Assembly (NCBI GenBank): GCA_027083135.1
Contig: JALWQH010000052.1
Location: forward strand, 24,448-88,447
Direction of reading: 5' to 3'
Origin: Desulfurococcales archaeon
Lineage (GTDB): Archaea > Thermoproteota > Thermoprotei_A > Sulfolobales > WAQK01
Length of the DNA stretch: 64,000 bases
The notes under the pieces are model-generated. The model was not told where the DNA came from, did not search any database, and saw only the letters and a program-made list of their open reading frames with translations. Of the stretch, positions 55,114-64,000 are shown piece by piece. Every line of letters begins with the position of its first letter. The first letter of the stretch is position 1. The position numbers were made by a program, and so were the translations under genes.

Positions 55114-55770
55114 CTATTCTTTAAGCCATCTTAGTATCGGTGATACTTTGAGAAGCTCCTCCTCCCTTTCAGGCATGTAGGGGAGTATGAGGCGTAGAAT
55201 ACCTCTCCATCTTTTAAGATAGTTCAGCAGCTCTCCTTCAAGCCTTCTCAGCATCCTCCTATTATCATACATTTTCAGTATTCCTCCAAGGGTTCTCTGC
55301 ACTGATCCCGGGTCATACGTCTCCATCAGCTTTGCAAGCCTTATGATGTTTATTCTTATGATGTTCCCTTCTATTCTTCCAGCGAGCCTGAGATATATTG
55401 CGTGGGAGTGGGGAGAGAACACTGTTTCCAGGCTGCGGGCGTCTATTCTATCCACAGGGATGAGCCTGTCTCCACATCTCAGCTCCCTTACAGGCCCCAC
55501 TATGTGCTCCACCTCTATCTGGAAATTCGTGTTAAGATACTTATAGACAGGTATGCTGGCCATGCCTAGGGGCAGGTCTTTCCAGAAGCTTCGAACGGCA
55601 TACTGGTATAAACCTAGGCTGTAGAGCATTCCAGTTGTGGCTGTAGGAGGATCTATGCATCTAAGCCTCTCACCATAGCAGCATTCAAGTAGGGCTGTTA
55701 TGGCCTTGCCAAGTATCTCTATGTTTCTCTTCTTTCCAGCCCATCTAACTATACCCTGATCAATTATCAT
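55114..55770 (-). CDS. Hypothetical protein
   Basis: 218-aa ORF filling the intergenic space; no recognised motif. Confidence 0.6.
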   Translation of the reverse strand: MIIDQGIVRWAGKKRNIEILGKAITALLECCYGERLRCIDPPTATTGMLYSLGLYQYAVRSFWKDLPLGMASIPVYKYLNTNFQIEVEHIVGPVRELRCGDRLIPVDRIDARSLETVFSPHSHAIYLRLAGRIEGNIIRINIIRLAKLMETYDPGSVQRTLGGILKMYDNRRMLRRLEGELLNYLKRWRGILRLILPYMPEREEELLKVSPILRWLKE

Positions 55771-55866
55771 GTGCAGCCACTCACGGCTTGCTGGAACATG
55801 CCCAGATCTATGAGGTATATTGGCGAATATATTAGTGACGGCTGATGGAGGATTACCTGGCAGGTT

Positions 55867-57099
55867 TTACAAGGCTAGGATCAGTAGCATGGAGGCTAAT
55901 AGTGCGGTTCCCAAGACATCGGCTATGCTTGTAAGTATAGGGGCAAGCACGTTGTCGGGATCTACTCCCAGGTTGAATGAGACTAGGGCTGTATAGTATG
56001 TTATGATGGATACGAGTATGGTGAGTATTAGGCCTGCCGATATGACTGCCGCCATTACTTTAAGGCCCCATAGAGAAGTGGCTCCACCCCAAAGAGCCAT
56101 GAGGTATCCGAAGGCTCCTAAGGAGCTGAATATTATTAGAGCATGCATAATGTTTACGGCTAATTGTACTAGAACCCACCTGTCACGTGGAGCCAGGCTA
56201 AGCGTCACTCTGCCCAGGTGGAGGGATGTTGAAAGCCGGGCTGAGAACCTAGAGGCTATGGCTCCACCATCCTCTAGGAAGGCAGGTATCACGGCTAGTA
56301 TGCCTGCACCAGCTATGATCTTCCCCATGTTGGCTAGGAGTATGATGCCTGCAGCCGTGCTGAGCGTGGTGGATGCTATTATGGCTAGAAGGTTCTGTCT
56401 AAGTATCTCCCACGCCCTCCTATAGGATCCTCTGAGTCTTACTTTGAACACTATGATCAGCGACATGCATGCGGCTGCTCCTAGGAGGCTAAGTATCACG
56501 GCTAGCCTTGCCTTCAAGGGAAGCCTCAGGGAGGCCTCGTATCCGAGCACTATGGTGGGTATGGTCACAATGTCTCCGAAGAGAGTGGCTATGGGGGCCA
56601 CCACGTTGTCGGGATCTATGCCTCTCCTGAAGGCCGTGAAGGCAAGCCAAGTTGTAGCTGTAACCATTAGTGGCGCTGCGATCAGCGCTGATGATAGTGC
56701 TGTTAGAATGGTGGTGGATGCATCCATCCCTCTCTCAGCGTGGAGACCCCAGGCTGCAAGCATGGTCAGCAGGCCTATCCACGTATTTATGCTTATGAGT
56801 ATGGCGAGCAATGCTGCCAGCTCTTCTCTGATCATTTTTTTAGCTAAGCCTAGGTGCAGAAGAGTTCCAAGCCTCGAACCATAGCTTGAATACACGTCTC
56901 CTCTAGCATCACTCGCCGCGGGGAGGAGTGCTAGGAGTATGGGGGCTGATCTTATTACGGGGGAGAAGAACTGGAGGAAGAAGCCTGAAACATAGTCGCC
57001 GAGATTGCAGAGTATGAGGGAGAGAGCTCCCTCCACGAAGTCCTTCCGCTCCTCACCCCCCCATATCCTCCTCAGCGGTCTTCCAGGAATGCCCCGCAA
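55867..57099 (-). CDS. MgtE-type integral membrane transporter (duplicated MgtE TM domain)
   Basis: Two GIDPDNVVAP..TLFGD / GVDPDNVLAP..SIAD motifs; GSRLGTLLHLG. Confidence 0.85.
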   Translation of the reverse strand: MRGIPGRPLRRIWGGEERKDFVEGALSLILCNLGDYVSGFFLQFFSPVIRSAPILLALLPAASDARGDVYSSYGSRLGTLLHLGLAKKMIREELAALLAILISINTWIGLLTMLAAWGLHAERGMDASTTILTALSSALIAAPLMVTATTWLAFTAFRRGIDPDNVVAPIATLFGDIVTIPTIVLGYEASLRLPLKARLAVILSLLGAAACMSLIIVFKVRLRGSYRRAWEILRQNLLAIIASTTLSTAAGIILLANMGKIIAGAGILAVIPAFLEDGGAIASRFSARLSTSLHLGRVTLSLAPRDRWVLVQLAVNIMHALIIFSSLGAFGYLMALWGGATSLWGLKVMAAVISAGLILTILVSIITYYTALVSFNLGVDPDNVLAPILTSIADVLGTALLASMLLILAL

Positions 57100-57277
57100 C
57101 TCCCCGCAGCCTTGAATACATAGCTATCTTCATCGCATTTAAATGAGGCAACGTGGTAGAAGGGGAGTTTGCCTCTGGAACTTACCTCGTAGTTAAAAGC
57201 CAAGATGCATGCGGGGCCTCATGGAAGCGTAGCGCTAGGTTTTCTGGAGGCATTGCCAGACGGTGAGGCGTAAAGTT

Positions 57278-57877
57278 CTATGGAGACTTTGATTGATGTT
57301 TAAATGGCATCTGGCTTATGAGGATCTCCACGTATTTCTCTGCAGGGATATCGGGGGGAGGTCTGAGCACATAGCAGAGGAGGGCTCCGAAAAATGATCT
57401 TATAGCCACCCTATATCTGGGATCAGCTGATCCGAAAACCCTTGCTGCTACGCTTTGCACACGCTCCCTGCATATCTTCCTAACCTCCTCCCTTATGCGG
57501 GGGTAAACTGTCTCAGATGATAATGTGTGGAAAAGCAGGTTCTTGAGGACCTCGTCCCTATATTTGTCCAGGTATCCTCTGCCTATGCATCTAAGCAGCT
57601 CTGCGCCCTTCAGCTCTCTGCTAAGGCATTCTTCTATTATGTCGGCGGGCAGGCTTCTATGAGCAACCTCAAGTATCAGCTCATCCTTGCTTCTAAAATA
57701 CCAGAATACCAGTCCCTTTGACACGTCTGCCTCCATGGCTATGAGCCTTACAGGGGCCCTGAAGAAACCGTACTTTGAGAAGACATGCATGGATGCCTTA
57801 ATGATTTTTTCACGCACCTCTTCACTATAACTCGTCTCCCTGCCTTCTCTTCCAGGCTGTACCTCTGTTCTCCTCAT
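57278..57877 (-). CDS. TetR/AcrR family regulator
   Basis: REKIIKAS..VF..YGF..IAMEADVSKGLVFWYFRSKDEL HTH. Confidence 0.9.
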   Translation of the reverse strand: MRRTEVQPGREGRETSYSEEVREKIIKASMHVFSKYGFFRAPVRLIAMEADVSKGLVFWYFRSKDELILEVAHRSLPADIIEECLSRELKGAELLRCIGRGYLDKYRDEVLKNLLFHTLSSETVYPRIREEVRKICRERVQSVAARVFGSADPRYRVAIRSFFGALLCYVLRPPPDIPAEKYVEILISQMPFKHQSKSP

Positions 57878-57943
57878 ACTACCACCAATACGTGTTGGGA
57901 AAATATTTGCGGTGGGATGGTATTATTCGTTGCCTGCATCCCC

Positions 57944-59068
57944 CTAGGAGCCATTAGAATGCTTCAGGATCCTGTGGATCAATGGGGCTGCAGCTATGTA
58001 GGCTATGGCTATCACGGGCTGTATTGCAGGCACCAGTGCTGCGGGAAGCGCTGCTGCGGGTCCTATGGCCATTACAGCCATGGCTGCCGCCACGCTTTCA
58101 TTTTTCGTCATAGCTATGAACACTATTCCCATGTGGTCCTCGTATCTCATCCTGATAGCCTTGCTGAGCGCTAGGAGCAGCGATATTACTATGCCGTATA
58201 CTACGAGCTGGGCTCCTATTATGTCTGCAGCTATTACGGGCTTCTTCACGAGTAGTCCAGCCTTGTTTGCAATCAGCATGAATATTAGTATCAGCATGAA
58301 CAGCATGGTTGCTAGGGAGAGGTAGGGTTTGAGGCTTCTGCTTATCCTGCCCTCAATGCATTCCACAGCGTCTTCTAGGCGACTTATGAAGTCCTCTATT
58401 CCGTCGACGAATGGTATGTTTTTACAAGGCATTTCAACCTCCTTAGATTTAAGCAGTATTCTGGCCCTCCGCTTCACCATATAGTACCTGGTAAGCTGGC
58501 CTAGAATAAAAGGCGTCACCAAGGCTATTGTGACTGATTCCGCCAGCAGGCTTACAGGAATACTCACTGACACGCTGGTAGCGTAGAAGCCGACATAGAG
58601 GGGTGCGGCGACGACTGCTCCTATAATGCTGAGTATTGCCAGCACTGTTGCAAGCTCAACATTGCCTTCAGCCAGCATCACGTAGGCTATTGAGGCGCTT
58701 GAAGCTGGAACAGCATTAGCTGCGACGAATCCTATTCCAACCTCCCTGTGCCCAATGTAGCCTGCCGCGAACATGGCTACTAGGGGGGCTACGAGGAATA
58801 CTAGGAGCAGGCCTATAGTAGTCTCCCAAACCTTCACCCTAAGCTCCGAGCCCATCTTCTCAGCTCTAAGCTGAATCATAGAGGGATACAGTGTTGCCAC
58901 AGCTAGTGATAGTATAAGCATCTTCACCTGCTGTATATGGGCCTTGAAGAACCAGGCATAATGATAGCCTATAGGTATAGCCACCACTATGTCCAGCAGC
59001 ACGTATAGCAATAGGTATTCTCTGAGGTGGGATGCAAGCCTCAGCGTTCTTTCCCCCACACTACTCAC
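57944..59068 (-). CDS. BART/ACR3-bile acid:Na+ symporter family membrane protein
   Basis: About 10 TMs, LYPSM, LAEGNVELA, KNESVAAAMA, PAIQ motifs. Confidence 0.75.
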   Translation of the reverse strand: MSSVGERTLRLASHLREYLLLYVLLDIVVAIPIGYHYAWFFKAHIQQVKMLILSLAVATLYPSMIQLRAEKMGSELRVKVWETTIGLLLVFLVAPLVAMFAAGYIGHREVGIGFVAANAVPASSASIAYVMLAEGNVELATVLAILSIIGAVVAAPLYVGFYATSVSVSIPVSLLAESVTIALVTPFILGQLTRYYMVKRRARILLKSKEVEMPCKNIPFVDGIEDFISRLEDAVECIEGRISRSLKPYLSLATMLFMLILIFMLIANKAGLLVKKPVIAADIIGAQLVVYGIVISLLLALSKAIRMRYEDHMGIVFIAMTKNESVAAAMAVMAIGPAAALPAALVPAIQPVIAIAYIAAAPLIHRILKHSNGS

Positions 59069-59199
59069 CCATTCCGTATCAAAAGCTCAGGAGTTATAAA
59101 TTTACCGACTGGTCAGTCAAACCATATGGTCAATACTGGGATAAGGGTTTTGAGGGGGCTCTGCTCAAAATGCCTGGCAGGGATATGTGGGGCTAGGGC

Positions 59200-61773
59200 T
59201 TGGCTGAAACCAGGGTCTACATGGTCTTCCCCGTTGGCTATGCTCATATAGATAGTGAGTGGCTGTGGGGGTTGGAGGAGGCGCTTGAAGCCTGCAGGCT
59301 CACTTTCGAGAACACGCTGAGATTGATGGGGAAGCATGACTTCATCTTCGCTGAGGGCTCCTCCCTATACTACGAGTTCCTGGAGAAACGTTACCCTAGT
59401 ATTTATGGTAGGGTATTGGAGGAGGCGCGTAAGGGGCGTTGGAGGATCTCCGCTGCCTCCTACCTGGAGTTTGATGCTAATATGCCGTCAGGCGAGTCTC
59501 TGCTGAGGCATCTCCTCTATGGTTCAATGTACTTTAATAGGCGTGGCCTTTCAGCCCAGGTGTTCTTCCTACCTGACTCCTTCGGCTTTCCAGCCACTCT
59601 CCCTAAGATCCTGGCAGGCTTCGGGGTTAGATTCTTCGCCACATATAAGCTGAGCTGGAATGACACCAATGAGCCACGCTATAATGCCTTCCTATGGCGT
59701 AGTCCTGGAGGATACGAGGTGCTGGCATACTTGCTGCCTGGAAGCTATAGCGACTATCTGTCAAGCATTAGGAGGATACTCTTGAACATTCATACGCAGG
59801 TGAAGAAGCAGGGGATACCGGTGGTTCTCCAGGTCTTTGGAAGAGGGGATCATGGGGGAGGCCCCGAGGAGGAGGAGCTCCTCAACTTAGAGGAGTGGCG
59901 TGGGAGACATTCGTCCCTCCTAAACATCACTAGGGGTGGCATGGAGGAGTTCTTCAAGTATCTTGACAAGCATCGCGGCAGGCTGCCAGTCATAAATGAT
60001 GAGCTGTACCTGGAGTTTCACCGCGGGGCCTTCACTACAGGTAGGCTGGCTAAAAAGCTGAACAGGCTTAATGAGAGCCTAGTATTAGAGGCTGAGAAGC
60101 TCTTCTCCCTTCTTGAAACCCTAGGCTGGGCTGAATACCCTGAGGACAGGCTGCATGGAATCTGGGAGATGATCCTGGTTAGCCAGGGCCATGATGCACT
60201 CCCAGCAACAGTGACAAGGGGCGTCTATGGTAATGTTGTTCGAAGGGGGGTAGAGTCATACAGGTTGCTGTTAAACATTATTCACAGAGGCTTAGAGGAG
60301 GCGGCAGGGAAAACCTGCTCCAAGTACATTGTCTTCAATCCTCACAGCTGGAGTTCCTCCACTTACATAAGGGTTAAAGAAAGGCTTAGCGGGATCCACC
60401 AGGAGCTGGGCGACGGTTCAAGCCTAGTCTACGTGGATAATATGCCTCCACTGGGATTCAAGGCTTATAGAGAGCCTGGAGACAAGCCTAGAGGCAAAGT
60501 GAGGGCCTGGAGGAGCGGGGAAAACTATGTGCTTGAAAACGAGCATATAAGGGCAATTATCTCAGCCAGTAAGGGGTGGATTACAAGCATATATGATAAG
60601 GCTAATGAACGCGAGGTTTTAAGGGGTCCTATTAGGCTGCGGGTGATGTGGGACTACCCGACGCCGCTTAGATGGTCGGCTGCACCTGCAGTCCTCTTTG
60701 ATGCATGGGAAGCCTACTATAATGAGGGTTTAAACAAGTATTTCCACAGGGATTTAAAGGCTTATAGAAGCTTCATCTCTGAGAAAGGGCCTCTCTACGC
60801 CTCCATCACCATGATGTACAGGTATAGGCAGCCTCTCGCAGGGAGCTCGGTATTCGAGGTAGAGGCAGGATTATATGCTGGTAAGCCCTACCTGGAGCTC
60901 AGGTTCAAGGCTTATTGGAGGGCGCGTCACAGGTTCTTGAAGCTCCTAATACCCCTTAATACTGGTTCAAAGGAAGCCTTGTTTGAAACACCTTACGGTG
61001 CTGTGAGGAGGATGGATTCATGCCTAACCCGTAACCCTGTTAATAAGGCTAGATACGAGGTCTGCGGGCATAGATGGGTTGATGTATCAGACAGGGATCA
61101 TGGTACCGCGGTGATTAACGACTCAATATACGGGTTCAGCTGGTGTAACAGGGTGCTGGGAGTAAGCCTGCTGAGGGCCCCCACCCCTCCCGAGAGAGAA
61201 GTATTAATGAGACTGGTAGAGGAGAACAAGAAGATGCAGGCAGAGTTCAGGGATATTAGCCTGCGACGCTCAGGTAAGGCTAGGAGGCTTGCATTAGCCA
61301 TCACATTATGGCTCCAGTCAGCCGTCCGAGAGCTTCTATATTCAAGTAAGCTTAAACCAGTAGACCAGGGCTACCATACAGCCACTATATGGATATACCC
61401 CCATAGAGGAGACTACGTTAAAGGAGAAGTCGCTACGTACGCAGCAGAACTCAATACACCCTATATAATGCATAGGCATGAGGGCTACATGAATGGAGTT
61501 AACGAGGGGTTCAGTCTTCTTGAAGTTAAGCCTAGTCACGTTCAACTCGTAGCGGTAAAGCCATGTGAACACATGAAATGCCTTGCAGCAAGATTGTTTA
61601 ATACATCATACAAGAGCCTCAGAGCACAGATAATATTAACTGGGAAAATTAGGAGTATTCAGGAAGCCAGTCATGCTGAGACACCCGTAAGAAAGCCCCA
61701 AGTATTGAAAGGAGAAACTTTCACCATGGAATTCAAGCCCTATGAAGTTAAGACCATTCTATTGCGGTTATAG
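59200..61773 (+). CDS. Glycoside hydrolase family 38 alpha-mannosidase
   Basis: AHIDSEWLW, EFDANMPSGESL, LPDSFG nucleophile, GDHGGGP, ELYLEFHRG, QGHDALP. Confidence 0.92.
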   Translation: MAETRVYMVFPVGYAHIDSEWLWGLEEALEACRLTFENTLRLMGKHDFIFAEGSSLYYEFLEKRYPSIYGRVLEEARKGRWRISAASYLEFDANMPSGESLLRHLLYGSMYFNRRGLSAQVFFLPDSFGFPATLPKILAGFGVRFFATYKLSWNDTNEPRYNAFLWRSPGGYEVLAYLLPGSYSDYLSSIRRILLNIHTQVKKQGIPVVLQVFGRGDHGGGPEEEELLNLEEWRGRHSSLLNITRGGMEEFFKYLDKHRGRLPVINDELYLEFHRGAFTTGRLAKKLNRLNESLVLEAEKLFSLLETLGWAEYPEDRLHGIWEMILVSQGHDALPATVTRGVYGNVVRRGVESYRLLLNIIHRGLEEAAGKTCSKYIVFNPHSWSSSTYIRVKERLSGIHQELGDGSSLVYVDNMPPLGFKAYREPGDKPRGKVRAWRSGENYVLENEHIRAIISASKGWITSIYDKANEREVLRGPIRLRVMWDYPTPLRWSAAPAVLFDAWEAYYNEGLNKYFHRDLKAYRSFISEKGPLYASITMMYRYRQPLAGSSVFEVEAGLYAGKPYLELRFKAYWRARHRFLKLLIPLNTGSKEALFETPYGAVRRMDSCLTRNPVNKARYEVCGHRWVDVSDRDHGTAVINDSIYGFSWCNRVLGVSLLRAPTPPEREVLMRLVEENKKMQAEFRDISLRRSGKARRLALAITLWLQSAVRELLYSSKLKPVDQGYHTATIWIYPHRGDYVKGEVATYAAELNTPYIMHRHEGYMNGVNEGFSLLEVKPSHVQLVAVKPCEHMKCLAARLFNTSYKSLRAQIILTGKIRSIQEASHAETPVRKPQVLKGETFTMEFKPYEVKTILLRL

Positions 61774-61876
61774 TTTTAAAGCAGACATCAACAAATTATT
61801 ATTGAGAAAGTATCTATCCCTGCCAAATTCTCCAAGATTCTATGCGGGCGTGTGTTGCATGAAGAGAATAAGGTTC

Positions 61877-64000
61877 TCAGAAGGATCTTCTGAATAGGAC
61901 AGGGCCTTCGAATATCCTATAAACCATTATTTTCACAGCATCACTTATCGCGAACCATAGGAGAGCATATGCCCATATGAAGCCTGCAACCCATAGAGGT
62001 ATAGGCGTAACTAGTCCTATTCCTAGAATAGCAACAGCCGTTGCCGCAATCTTAGTTATAACTGCTGCTGAGAGTAGCCATTTCCCAGGCCTTATGCTCC
62101 AGAAGGGGCCTTTCGTCCTGGTTACAAATATTGTGAGGTGCCCTGCTACTGCTAGTTTCAGAAATATGAATGTCTGCAATGCTGCTAGATGCTTGCTTGG
62201 AGAAAAGCCGAACACTGCTATGCCTATATATAATGCTAAGAAACTACTTACCAGTCCTGTTAGACCTATTGCCGTGGAAAGGGCTAAGACATGCGGTATA
62301 TTCCATTTTTCAGGCCTCTTACTTATCTTAACATTATCGTAGGCTATGGCAAGTATCGGCAGGTCGTTGAGAAGCGCAAGCAGTATTATCATTACGGGAG
62401 TTATCGGATAAAAATTGAAGGCCAGTATAGCGAATGTTATGAAGAACAGTATCCTTATCGTCTCTGTTATTCTGTAGATAACGTAGCTGTACATTCTCCT
62501 AAAAGTCTCTCTAGCAGCCACTATGGCGTCTTTGATGACTGAGATCCCCTGTGCAAGCAGCGCTATGTCGGAGGCAGCTCTAGCTGCATCTGTTGCGCCT
62601 GCGACAGCTATGCCTACATCAGCTTTTTTCAACGCTGGGGCATCATTGACGCCATCCCCTGTCATAGCTACAGCGTGCCCCGCTCTTTGCAGGGCATCTA
62701 CGATCATGTACTTATGCTCAGGCATAACCTCGGCAAAGCCATCGGCCTCTTCGATCATTCTTGTCTGCTCGCTTATATGCGCCTTCCTAAGCTCATCAGC
62801 CGTATAGATCCTGCTGCCTATGCCTACAAGCCTCCCTATTTCTCTTGCTATAGCTACATGGTCCCCTGTTATCATTTTCACCTTAATGCCCATCTTCTTT
62901 ATCTCTCTGATAGTCTTAGCAGCATCTTTCCTTGGAGGATCATAGAGTGGCACTAAGCCAAGATATACCCACCTGTCTCCATATGTCCTGGCTACACCGA
63001 TCATCCTATATCCTCTTTCAGCATACTTATCAACGATTGCAGAGACCTTTTCGGCCAGCTTCTCTGAGGCTCCTGTAAGGCTGAGTATTACTTGAGGAGC
63101 ACCCTTAGCCACCCTGAACTCCTCGCCTTTAGGTGATCTGACTCGAGCCTCAGTTCTCTTGGTTTCAGGGTCAAAGGGCTTGAATTTTATTTGCTTATAC
63201 TCTGCATACTTCTCTTTTAATCCATATTTACCGAGCGCCTCCAGGACGGCCAGGTCTATGGGATCCTTGTCCTCCTCTCTTGAAGCAAGCGCGGCATATA
63301 GTATCACATCCTCTATCCTAAGCCCTTCAGCCAGAGGTTCGGGATCAATTATTGTAAGCTTATTTACAGTTATAGTTCCAGTCTTATCAGCACATAGGGT
63401 ATCTACCCCAGCTAGCTCTTCAATGGCCACTAACTTAGTGACTATTGCCTGCCGTCTAGCAAGCTCGTAAGCTCCTATAGCCATGGTTATGGAGAGTACT
63501 GCAGGCAATGCTGCAGGAATAGCTGCAACAACTAGTATTAGGGAGAACTTGGTTAACTCGATTATATTCATCCCTCTACGTATTTCTACCAGGACTACTA
63601 GGGAAACAAGGATCAATGTTAACAATATCAGGTAGTCTCCGATCCTAAGGATCAGTTTTTGATACTTGCTAATGGTCCTAGCCTTCTCCACAAGTTCCAC
63701 TGTTCTACCAAAATACGTGTTTAACCCTGTAGCCACGACAATGCCTGTCATCTCACCTCTCTTGACCAGTGTCCCAGCATAAGCGACATCGCCTACCTTC
63801 TTCTCAACGGGTATCGATTCACCTGTTACGACAGACTCATCTATCATTGCATATTCTCCTTCAACAAGTTTAACATCCGCGGGCACTATGTCCCCAAGCC
63901 GTATCCTAACAACATCTCCTGGAACCAGTTCCTTTGCTGGAGCAGTAATCCACCTACCATCCCTCAGGATCCTTGTGGTGAGTGATAGCTTCTTCTTAAG
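61877..64000 (-). CDS. P-type IIIA plasma-membrane proton-efflux ATPase (5' end beyond window)
   Basis: TGES, IPAALP, CADKTGT, KGAPQ, TGD, GDGVNDAPAL, ALLND; frame stays open to the window edge (LVPGDVV..GDIVPAD). Confidence 0.92.
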   Translation of the reverse strand, partial: LKKKLSLTTRILRDGRWITAPAKELVPGDVVRIRLGDIVPADVKLVEGEYAMIDESVVTGESIPVEKKVGDVAYAGTLVKRGEMTGIVVATGLNTYFGRTVELVEKARTISKYQKLILRIGDYLILLTLILVSLVVLVEIRRGMNIIELTKFSLILVVAAIPAALPAVLSITMAIGAYELARRQAIVTKLVAIEELAGVDTLCADKTGTITVNKLTIIDPEPLAEGLRIEDVILYAALASREEDKDPIDLAVLEALGKYGLKEKYAEYKQIKFKPFDPETKRTEARVRSPKGEEFRVAKGAPQVILSLTGASEKLAEKVSAIVDKYAERGYRMIGVARTYGDRWVYLGLVPLYDPPRKDAAKTIREIKKMGIKVKMITGDHVAIAREIGRLVGIGSRIYTADELRKAHISEQTRMIEEADGFAEVMPEHKYMIVDALQRAGHAVAMTGDGVNDAPALKKADVGIAVAGATDAARAASDIALLAQGISVIKDAIVAARETFRRMYSYVIYRITETIRILFFITFAILAFNFYPITPVMIILLALLNDLPILAIAYDNVKISKRPEKWNIPHVLALSTAIGLTGLVSSFLALYIGIAVFGFSPSKHLAALQTFIFLKLAVAGHLTIFVTRTKGPFWSIRPGKWLLSAAVITKIAATAVAILGIGLVTPIPLWVAGFIWAYALLWFAISDAVKIMVYRIFEGPVLFRRSF

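Noticed and set aside
53487-55770. RiPP biosynthetic cluster interpretation of the rSAM/SPASM pair
   Set aside because: No precursor peptide, RRE domain, protease or exporter adjacent; lipid modification fits better
57100-57277. Two hairpins (GAGGCAA/TTGCCTC and GCCTCA/TGAGGC) upstream of the MgtE-type gene, possible Mg riboswitch
   Set aside because: A TATA-like TTTAAA lies between the hairpins and the gene, so they are probably outside the leader; no M-box consensus recognised
1-64000. CRISPR arrays and IS elements
   Set aside because: No regularly spaced repeats, transposase ORF or terminal inverted repeats seen by eye

Overview
Gene-dense chromosome segment from a (hyper)thermophilic archaeon, most likely Crenarchaeota/Desulfurococcales. 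The evidence is TFB, Rpo12, aIF1, PolB3, archaeal DnaG, pelota, ABCE1, Cgi121 and a GC-rich stand-alone 5S rRNA that resembles Pyrodictium-type 5S from memory. Bases 1-22.5 kb are mostly information-processing housekeeping genes; PolB3 carries a 387-aa intein whose two LAGLIDADG motifs both have Asp->Asn. From about 22.5 to 39 kb the content is accessory. It includes a 1.26-kb integrase-less island bounded by 45-bp direct repeats of the tRNA-Pro 3' end and carrying a probable toxin-antitoxin pair. It also includes a cluster encoding a surface-anchored GH18, an Opp-type transporter, a NagZ-type GH3, an AbrB/PhoU regulator and a surface-anchored D-Ala-D-Ala carboxypeptidase/endopeptidase (PBP4/DacB). 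That cluster looks like a bacterial-peptidoglycan (or chitin) scavenging system in an organism that has no peptidoglycan. Elements missing from the ORF track are a partial glyS, rpo12, two tRNAs, 5S rRNA, a box C/D sRNA and a 30-aa microprotein made almost entirely of Glu and Trp. A radical SAM/SPASM plus B12-radical SAM pair resembles the Gms/Gmm tetraether-lipid modification genes. No CRISPR array or transposase was seen. All family calls come from motif recognition by eye, not database searches.
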